Below, piece after piece: positions 57,019-64,000 of a stretch of DNA of 64,000 nucleotides; the stretch's first letter is position 1; each line of letters opens with the position of its first letter. The notes beneath the pieces were generated by a model. It had not been told where the DNA came from. It did no database searches and was given only the letters and a program-made list of their open reading frames with translations. This DNA is from Candidatus Iainarchaeum sp. (GTDB lineage: Archaea; Iainarchaeota; Iainarchaeia; Iainarchaeales; JAAZKV01). The stretch covers positions 1-64,000 of the forward strand of contig JAPLVR010000006.1 of assembly GCA_026397015.1 (NCBI GenBank). Reading direction: 5' to 3'. The translations under genes were made by a program, and so were the position numbers.

Positions 57019-57795
57019 ATGGGTTTGAGACCTGGAAAGTGTTACAGGAATACCGGCTTGAAGCAAAGAGCCTATACAAGGGTGGCACCCGGTGTGCCGA
57101 GAAAGAGCTATGTCAAGGCGGCGCCCGCGCTAAAAATAAGGCAATTCAATATGGGAAACCCGTTGGCAGCGTACGATACCGTCGCAGATTTGTATGTAAA
57201 AGAATATTTTGATTTGAGAGACAACGCAATTGAAAGCGCGAGAATCGCAATCAACAGAAAACTTGTAAAGGAGCTTGGAAAAGACGGCTTCTTCATGAAA
57301 ATAAGGGTTTACCCGAGCCACCTTCTCAGGGAAAACAAACAGGCACAAGGCGCAGGAGCAGACCGTGTCAGCCAGGGAATGAGTTTATCATTCGGCGTGC
57401 CAATCGGAAGAAGCGCGAGAGTGAAAAAAGGGCAGGTAATTTTCAGCGTTCTCCTGATAGATTCACAGAAAGAAATTGTGAAAAGCGCTTTGCTCAGGGC
57501 AAAGGCAAAATTTCCATGCAGCGTCGGCGTTACAATCCACAAAGACATAAAGAGCATAGGAACACTGCCGAAGAAAGCAGTTGAAGAAGTTATAATTGAA
57601 ACTAAAAAAGCCGAAGCGGGTCCTGCAGAAGGCGCGGCAGCAGCGACGGCTCCGGAAGCCGGTGCGGAGGCAGGAAAACCCGGCGCAGCAACTGGGAAGA
57701 CCGGCACAGCGACGGGAGCAGAAGCTGGAAAGAAAGAAGCGGCTGCCGCTGCCGGAAAAGCTCCTGCGAAAGAACCGGAAAAAAAAGGAAAATAG
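57019..57795 (+). CDS. rpl10e: 50S ribosomal protein uL16 (L10e) with Ala/Gly/Lys-rich tail
   Basis: MGLRPGKCYR, AIESARIA, RENKQA.GAGADRVSQGM..SFG.P.G. Confidence 0.95.
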   Translation: MGLRPGKCYRNTGLKQRAYTRVAPGVPRKSYVKAAPALKIRQFNMGNPLAAYDTVADLYVKEYFDLRDNAIESARIAINRKLVKELGKDGFFMKIRVYPSHLLRENKQAQGAGADRVSQGMSLSFGVPIGRSARVKKGQVIFSVLLIDSQKEIVKSALLRAKAKFPCSVGVTIHKDIKSIGTLPKKAVEEVIIETKKAEAGPAEGAAAATAPEAGAEAGKPGAATGKTGTATGAEAGKKEAAAAAGKAPAKEPEKKGK

Positions 57796-57897
57796 TTATT
57801 TCAGACTTTTTCAAATTCGAAAAATTAAAGATTTTTTATTTGCTTTTCAAACCTAGTAAATCTTTTTAATGAGAATAGGCTTCTCTTTATGGGCTGA

Positions 57898-60345
57898 ATG
57901 AAAAATATTCTCTGGTTTAATGAAATACACATAGCGGATATTCCGATGGTCGGGGGAAAAGGCGCCTCACTTGGGGAGATGGCCAACAACGGCTTTCCAG
58001 TTCCACCCGGATTCGCGGTAACGGCACAGGCATATTTTCATTTTATTCAAAAAACAAAAATTCAGGACCAAATCGTCGCCAAAATTGACGCAATCGATGT
58101 TGAAAACACGGATGAACTGGAAAAGGCAAGCGCGGAAGTGCGCGAACTAATAATGAACACAAAAATGCCTCTCGAAATAAAAACCGAAATAATCGCGCAC
58201 TACAAAAAACTCGGGGAATCGCAATTCGCATGGATTACGAGCAAGCGGGAAGAATACGTTGCCGTAAGAAGCTCCGCAACCGCGGAAGATTTGCCGGAAG
58301 CGAGCTTCGCAGGGCAACAGGAAACCTATTTGAATGTAAGAGGCTACGATCCGGTTGTTCACGCGGTTAAAAAATGCTGGGCATCGCTTTTCACCGCACG
58401 CGCAGTTTATTACAGAAAGAAAAATGGCTTCGGCACAAAAGACGTCGGTTTATCGGCAATCGTGCAAAAAATGATTCAAAGCGATGTAAGCGGAATACTG
58501 TTTACCGCGGATCCATCTGGAGGAGACACAACAAAAATAATAATCGAAGCGGGGCTCGGACTGGGCGAAACCGTCGTGAGCGGAAGCATTACTCCGGACA
58601 ACTATGTTGTTGACAAGGAAACAATGGGAATCATAGGGAAAAAAATAAATTACCAGGAATGGAAGCTCATAAAAAAAGGCGGCGAGAATCGGCGCATCGA
58701 ACTCTCAAAATCCGAAGGGCAACTCCAAAAACTCCCTGAAGAAAAAATAATCGAACTCGCAAGAATAGGAAAGCACGTAGAAGACCATTACAAGAAACCG
58801 ATGGACATTGAGTGGGCGATGGAAAAAAATGTTTTATACATTGTGCAGGCGCGGCCGATAACGGCGCTCGACAAAAAAATTGCAAAAACAAAAGTTGAAA
58901 CTGGAGAGAAACCGATTGTCGAAGGATTGGGCGCATCCCCGGGAATAGTTACCGGAAAAGTGCGGGTCGCGGTAGACATAAGCGAGAGTTCGAAAATTGT
59001 GCAGGGCGACATCCTTGTAACAAAAATGACTTCCCCTTCCTGGGTGCCGATAATGAAAAGAACTTCGGGAATAATAACGGATGAAGGGGGGTCGACATGC
59101 CACGCTGCAATCGTTAGCCGCGAGCTCGGCATACCCTGCATAGTCGGAACAGGAAATTCAACGCAAATCCTTGTTGATGGAGAAGAAGTGACGCTTGATG
59201 GATTCAGGGGAAAAGTTTATCGGGGAAAACTCGAAATAAAAGCGGATAAAAAAGAAATAACTGTTTTGGAGGAAAAAGAAGTCGATGAACTCGAAGAGGG
59301 AGTAGTCAAAGAATCAAAAAAAGAAATAAACATAGGGAATTTGAGCGACCGGGCTTCTGAGATAAGGGAAAAATATAAAGAAAAATTCGAAACAATGGCT
59401 CCTGAAAAAAAGGCCGCCGAAGAAAAGGAACTTCTCGGACTTCTAAAAGAACTTTCAATAAAGGTGAAGGTAAATGTTGCGCTGCCGGATGCCGCGGAAC
59501 AGGCCGCAAAAACAAACGCCGACGGCGTTGGTTTATTGAGAGCCGAACACATGATTACAAGCTCAGGAATGCACCCCGCGGAATTCATACGGCAGGGAAA
59601 ATATAATGAACTCAAGGAAACAGTTAAAAAAGGAATCAAAATCGTTGCTGAAAAATTTTCTGGGCCCGTATGGTTCAGGACATTTGACGCAAGAACAGAT
59701 GAATTCAAGGAACTCGCCGGCGGAGAAAAAGAACAAAAGGAAGATAACCCTATGATTGGCTGGCACGGAATAAGAAGGGATTTAGACGAACCTGGAATGT
59801 TCAAGGCACAGATTGAGGCAATTAAGGAACTGCATGACGAGGGGCTGAAAAATGTCGGGGTGATGCTGCCTTTTGTTCAAAGCGTCGAGGAAGTTACGGG
59901 CGCGAAACAGATTGCAAAAGAAATCGGCCTGCAAAAAGAAGTTGATTTCGGAATAATGGTTGAGACGCCCGCTGCGGTCTGGATAATTGATGAAATGATT
60001 CCGCACATAAATTTTATTTCATTCGGCACAAACGACCTCACCCAGCTCACTTTGGGCCTCGACAGGAACAACCAGAAAATCCAGAAACAATTCAACGAAA
60101 TGCACCCTGCGGTTTTAAGAGAGCTTGAATATGTAATAAACAAATGCAAAAAGGCTGGCGTGAAAACAAGCATCTGCGGGCAGGCGGCAAGCAATCCTGA
60201 AATGGTAAAAAGGCTTGTTTGGATGGGAATTGATTCCGTTTCCGCAAACATAGATGCGGTTGAAGAGATAAGAAAAATTGTAATGATTGAGGAAAAGAAA
60301 AAAATAATTGAGAACTACGAGAGGGGACTGCAAACAAAAAAATAA
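57898..60345 (+). CDS. ppsA: Phosphoenolpyruvate synthase
   Basis: VGGKGASLGE, VRSSATAEDLPEASFAGQQET, GGSTCHAAIVSRELG (phospho-His), GTNDLTQ, ICGQA. Confidence 0.96.
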   Translation: MKNILWFNEIHIADIPMVGGKGASLGEMANNGFPVPPGFAVTAQAYFHFIQKTKIQDQIVAKIDAIDVENTDELEKASAEVRELIMNTKMPLEIKTEIIAHYKKLGESQFAWITSKREEYVAVRSSATAEDLPEASFAGQQETYLNVRGYDPVVHAVKKCWASLFTARAVYYRKKNGFGTKDVGLSAIVQKMIQSDVSGILFTADPSGGDTTKIIIEAGLGLGETVVSGSITPDNYVVDKETMGIIGKKINYQEWKLIKKGGENRRIELSKSEGQLQKLPEEKIIELARIGKHVEDHYKKPMDIEWAMEKNVLYIVQARPITALDKKIAKTKVETGEKPIVEGLGASPGIVTGKVRVAVDISESSKIVQGDILVTKMTSPSWVPIMKRTSGIITDEGGSTCHAAIVSRELGIPCIVGTGNSTQILVDGEEVTLDGFRGKVYRGKLEIKADKKEITVLEEKEVDELEEGVVKESKKEINIGNLSDRASEIREKYKEKFETMAPEKKAAEEKELLGLLKELSIKVKVNVALPDAAEQAAKTNADGVGLLRAEHMITSSGMHPAEFIRQGKYNELKETVKKGIKIVAEKFSGPVWFRTFDARTDEFKELAGGEKEQKEDNPMIGWHGIRRDLDEPGMFKAQIEAIKELHDEGLKNVGVMLPFVQSVEEVTGAKQIAKEIGLQKEVDFGIMVETPAAVWIIDEMIPHINFISFGTNDLTQLTLGLDRNNQKIQKQFNEMHPAVLRELEYVINKCKKAGVKTSICGQAASNPEMVKRLVWMGIDSVSANIDAVEEIRKIVMIEEKKKIIENYERGLQTKK

Positions 60346-60394
60346 TTCGGCCGTTTTAGAAAGCAATTTAATCCTTCCCGAACCATTTATTTTC

Positions 60395-61381
60395 ATGCTC
60401 AAGCTCGAACTGAACGAGGCGGTGGAAAAACTCAAAAAAATTCACGCGAAAAAAATACTCCTTCAAATTCCGGAGGGATTGAAAACAAAAGTAGATGATA
60501 TAATTGAAGAGCTTGAGAGCAACGGATTTGATATTGCCGCGTCGATGGACCCGTGCTTCGGTGCCTGTGATTTAAAGGAAAACGAGGCAAAAATACTGGG
60601 CTGCGACGCGATTTTGCACTTGGGCCACAGCCCCTTTATTGAAAAAACAAAAATTCCGACAATTTATGCGTTCCTGCGCTATGACCTCGGCGGCGGATTT
60701 GAAGAAATTTCAGAAACACTTGCAAAATACCTGAAAAAAAGCGGAATAAATTCAATTGGGCTGACAACAACAATCCAGTTCATAGAATATTTGCCAAAGC
60801 TGAAACGGGTGCTTGAAAAAAACAAAATCAAGGCGGTAATCGGAAAAGGGAAAAGGGTTCTTGACGGGCAGGTTCTCGGCTGCAACTACTCTTCCGCAGC
60901 AGTCGGCACAAACACAATTCTTTTCTTTGGAGACGGTTTATTCCACCCGCTTGGAATCAGCTTTGCAACCGGAAAAAAAGTTATAACAGTGAATCCGTTC
61001 ACAAAAGAAATCAAGGAACTCTGCGAAGAAAAAGAAACTTTCATGCGGCGGAGAATAATGCTAATAGAAAAAGCGAAGGAAGCGGGCGATTTCGGAATAC
61101 TTGTTTCAACAAAAACCGGGCAGAACAGGATTTCGCTCGCAAAAAAAATAAAGGAGCTGCTGGAGCTTGCCGGCAAAAAAGCAAAAATATATTCGACTGA
61201 TACAATTTCAGAATCTTCGCTGCTTGGCGCGAAAGCTGAAGTGCTGATAAACACTGCCTGCCCGAGGATTGCGTTTGACGATTTCGGCAGCTTCAAACAG
61301 CCGATTTTGAATTCAAATGAAGTCGGAATACTTTTGGGGAAGAAAACTTACGACGATTATTTTATTGAGGAAACCTATTAG
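60395..61381 (+). CDS. dph2: 2-(3-amino-3-carboxypropyl)histidine synthase (diphthamide biosynthesis)
   Basis: LQIPEGLK, PCFGACD, HLGHS, GQVLGC, FHPLG, ACPRI. Confidence 0.94.
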   Translation: MLKLELNEAVEKLKKIHAKKILLQIPEGLKTKVDDIIEELESNGFDIAASMDPCFGACDLKENEAKILGCDAILHLGHSPFIEKTKIPTIYAFLRYDLGGGFEEISETLAKYLKKSGINSIGLTTTIQFIEYLPKLKRVLEKNKIKAVIGKGKRVLDGQVLGCNYSSAAVGTNTILFFGDGLFHPLGISFATGKKVITVNPFTKEIKELCEEKETFMRRRIMLIEKAKEAGDFGILVSTKTGQNRISLAKKIKELLELAGKKAKIYSTDTISESSLLGAKAEVLINTACPRIAFDDFGSFKQPILNSNEVGILLGKKTYDDYFIEETY

Positions 61382-61443
61382 AACCTATTAACAGACTTTG
61401 TTCCAAAAATTAATCTTCAACAAAATCTAATTTTCAGCGAAAT

Positions 61444-62280
61444 TTAATCTTCCTCGTCTTCTTTTTCTTCGGAAGCCGAAGCCGTTTGAACAATTGTTCC
61501 CTTGAATTGTTCCCCGCGAATACATGCCTTGAAATTAGTTAAGTCGCTTCCATTTATGAAAAAGCTTCTTACCTTGCTGCGCCACAAAATATTTGCAGCG
61601 TGAACGTCGACAAAGGTGTGCGCACCCGGCTTTGAGGCAATCGCCTTAACGAGCGAAAGCATTTTCGTGTGGGTAAGCTCTTCAAACATTTTAGTACCTG
61701 GATGAACAGCAGGGTCGGAAGCATAAATTCCGTCAACGTTGCTTAGGTTGCAAAAATCACACTGCAAATACTCCGCAATCGAAGCAGCAACCGCATCAGT
61801 CGTCTGGCCCGGCATGTTGCCCGCGAAAACAGGCGTTCTTCCGAATGAGAGCACTTTGCGCGCCATTTTGACATCCTGCAAAACGTCCTTCCACGCATTT
61901 TCAATATTGTAGGTGAAAAGCAGAACATTGGATTTTGTAACGGAAATTCCAACCTCATCCATTTCAAAATTGTTCGCCCCCAGGGATTTCGCGGACGCCT
62001 GATAGGTTCGCGCAACCTGCCCGCCGCCCACAACCAAAACAAACGCAAACCCCCCCTTAATCAAATCATTAACAGTTTCACAAAACTTTGCTATGTGCGC
62101 CGTTTTTGGTTTATCATCAAAAAAAAGCGAGCCGCCGACGCTAAGAACAATCGTTTTTTTGGGATTATAATAACCTATCGAGGCGCTGTTTGAACCGGTT
62201 GCAGAAGACGGTGAACCTTCGCCCCTTGCTTCGTCTGCCTGTTTATTCTGGTCGTCCCAGTTCTGAAACATGTCAAACAT
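61444..62280 (-). CDS. pyrH: UMP kinase (archaeal) with N-terminal low-complexity extension
   Basis: VLSVGGS, VVGGG..AR.Y, PGQTTDAVA, NVDGIY..DP, FKGTIV. Confidence 0.92.
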   Translation of the reverse strand: MFDMFQNWDDQNKQADEARGEGSPSSATGSNSASIGYYNPKKTIVLSVGGSLFFDDKPKTAHIAKFCETVNDLIKGGFAFVLVVGGGQVARTYQASAKSLGANNFEMDEVGISVTKSNVLLFTYNIENAWKDVLQDVKMARKVLSFGRTPVFAGNMPGQTTDAVAASIAEYLQCDFCNLSNVDGIYASDPAVHPGTKMFEELTHTKMLSLVKAIASKPGAHTFVDVHAANILWRSKVRSFFINGSDLTNFKACIRGEQFKGTIVQTASASEEKEDEED

Positions 62281-62459
62281 CAAAAACCACTCTCAACCAA
62301 TTGCTAAAAAACCTTTTTTGCCCCAAAGCGCTTAATAGCATTTATTAATTTAATGATACCGAAATATATGAATTTACTCATTTAAATACGTTTCTGAACG
62401 CATAAAAGGCGCGTGCAAAAAACTGCCCAAAACGGGGATTAAAATTAAAAGTGGTTTTT

Positions 62460-63704
62460 ATGAAGCAGATAGAAGAGGTTTCAAGCTCTGACCTGGCGGT
62501 GTTCAGAAAGAAGTTGAAGATGCTTGAAAAGTTCAAGGGCAAAAATACCGAGCTGATAACGGTTTACATACCGGAGGCCGCCGACAGGAGCTCCGTAATG
62601 GGCCAACTCACCGAAGAAATAAGCCAGAGCTCGAACATAAAGAGCCCAAGCACAAGGAAAAACGTTCAGGGCGCGCTTAGAAAAATAACAACCTTCCTTA
62701 AAAAAATAAATTTCAAAATTCCGCACAACGGGCTGGTGGTGTTTGCCGGCAATGTTTCGCCGGTTGATGGAAGGGGCGACATCAGGATTTTCACGGTAAA
62801 TCCGGTAAAAAATCTGAAAATCAAACTTTATTGGTGCGACTCCGAATTTCATCTCGATTATTTGAAGGAAATGATGGCGCCGAATGATTTTTATGCAATA
62901 ATCACAATCGACAAGAACGAGGCGACGATTGCGCAGCTTTACGGAAGAAAATACGAAATTTTGGGCCATTTTACGTCAATGGTGCCTGGAAAGACGAGGG
63001 CGGGTGGTCAGAGTGCCCCCCGCTTCGAAAGGCTGAGGGAGGAAGCGGCCCAGGACTTTTTCAAAAGGATAAGCGAAAAGGTGAACAATTATTTTGTAAG
63101 CTACGGCGACAGGCTGAAGGGCGTGATTATCGGCGGCCCGGGAATAACAAAAAATTATTTCATAAACAAAGGACTCATCCACCACGAGATTTCAAAAAAA
63201 ATAATCGGCGTGCTTGACATATCCTACACCGACGAGTCGGGAGTAAGGGAGATAGTCCAAAAAAGCGAAGAGCTGCTGAAAGACACCGACCTGATGAAAG
63301 AAAAGGTGATGATGGACAAGTTTCTGGGCGAAATAGCAAAAAACGGGCTGGCAACTTACGGGCAGAAGGAAGTCGAAGAGGCGCTTGAAGCCGGGAGGGT
63401 TTCGAAGCTTGTAATTTCAGAAGGAATCGAATGGATGGTTGTGAAAAAAATCTGCGGCAAATGCAACAGCGAAGAAATCGAAATCGTAAAAACCGACAAA
63501 GACTATGAAAATTCAAAATGGCGCTGCTCTAAGTGCGATGCAACCGGCGAAATAGTCGAAGAGGTAGATTACCTTGATTACATGCTGGAAAAAGCAAAAG
63601 CGGTCGGCGCGGAAGTGATGGTGGTGAGCACCGAAACGGCGGAAGGGAAGCAATTCTACGAAGGCTTCGGCGGGCTCGGCGCGATGCTCCGCTACAAAGG
63701 GTAA
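62460..63704 (+). CDS. prf1: Peptide chain release factor aRF1
   Basis: NIKS, YWCDSEF, GGQSA, GGPG, Zn ribbon CxxC..CxxC, GGLGAMLRY. Confidence 0.96.
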   Translation: MKQIEEVSSSDLAVFRKKLKMLEKFKGKNTELITVYIPEAADRSSVMGQLTEEISQSSNIKSPSTRKNVQGALRKITTFLKKINFKIPHNGLVVFAGNVSPVDGRGDIRIFTVNPVKNLKIKLYWCDSEFHLDYLKEMMAPNDFYAIITIDKNEATIAQLYGRKYEILGHFTSMVPGKTRAGGQSAPRFERLREEAAQDFFKRISEKVNNYFVSYGDRLKGVIIGGPGITKNYFINKGLIHHEISKKIIGVLDISYTDESGVREIVQKSEELLKDTDLMKEKVMMDKFLGEIAKNGLATYGQKEVEEALEAGRVSKLVISEGIEWMVVKKICGKCNSEEIEIVKTDKDYENSKWRCSKCDATGEIVEEVDYLDYMLEKAKAVGAEVMVVSTETAEGKQFYEGFGGLGAMLRYKG

Positions 63705-63723
63705 TCTAAGTTTTTTGATTTTT

Positions 63724-64000
63724 ATGGAACCAGTCTTTGTTACAAGTACTGAAACGCTTGGCGGAAGAATAAAGCAGCGCTACTCCGATTTTATTGTCGA
63801 AGAAGTTTTAACCGACGGAAGAATCTGCAAAGTCGAAAAATTTGACAAGGGATTTACCGAAAGGCCCGAAATTGAAAAAATGAATGTTCCACCCTCGGAT
63901 GGAAAGGAACAGCTTTTGCTTGACTTGGAAAAAATAAACCAGGACACAAACTTTGTTTTCGCAAGGCTTGCCCGCGGGCTGAATGTGAGCAAAACAAGAA
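63724..64000 (+). CDS. truD: tRNA pseudouridine(13) synthase TruD, 5' part
   Basis: Manual translation MEPVFVTSTETLGGRIKQRYSDFIVEEV...LEK...DT....RLAR.L; runs off the window. Confidence 0.88.
   Translation, partial: MEPVFVTSTETLGGRIKQRYSDFIVEEVLTDGRICKVEKFDKGFTERPEIEKMNVPPSDGKEQLLLDLEKINQDTNFVFARLARGLNVSKTR

Noticed and set aside
1-64000. Stop-codon reassignment, selenocysteine or programmed frameshifts
   Set aside because: All recognisable core genes are uninterrupted under the standard code and end at TAA, TAG or TGA; aRF1 has canonical NIKS, YxCxxxF and GGQ motifs.

Overview
Archaeal chromosomal segment, gene-dense, standard genetic code. It is most consistent with a DPANN archaeon, possibly Iainarchaeota/Diapherotrites; this is inferred from gene content and Lys/Arg-rich ORFans and is not proven. 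Housekeeping content: aspS, gatCAB, lysS (class I), trpS, serS; the exosome/proteasome/RNase P superoperon (rpl15e-rnp3-rnp2-psmA-SBDS-rrp4-rrp41-rrp42-rpl37ae-rpoP-pcc1-pfdB-DHH); TtuA, MinD, Sm, aIF5A; MCM with a LAGLIDADG intein in Walker A; the aIF2b-DUF424-aIF1A-Rio1-KH-top6BA cluster; Mre11, tRNA-Cys(GCA), uL16, PEP synthase, Dph2, PyrH, aRF1 and the start of TruD. Accessory or unusual content: (1) three mosaic class-III-signal/GLUG surface-protein paralogues placed singly within housekeeping gene runs, with swapped Cys-rich, Ig-like and LamG modules, one headless copy, a G11 tract and a strongly G/T-skewed 5' module; (2) a ThiI apparently split into a catalytic-only gene and a THUMP plus dead-catalytic gene 14 kb apart; (3) a FIST / KaiC / Roadblock / DDxxD membrane protein / GGR block with an internally deleted pdaD; (4) a Bro-N remnant ending in tandem in-frame palindromic cassettes; (5) one clear and one probable toxin-antitoxin pair; (6) a hairpin-repeat leader before tRNA-Cys. 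No CRISPR array, rRNA, integrase or reverse transcriptase was seen. All family calls come from motif recognition by eye; no database searches were run.
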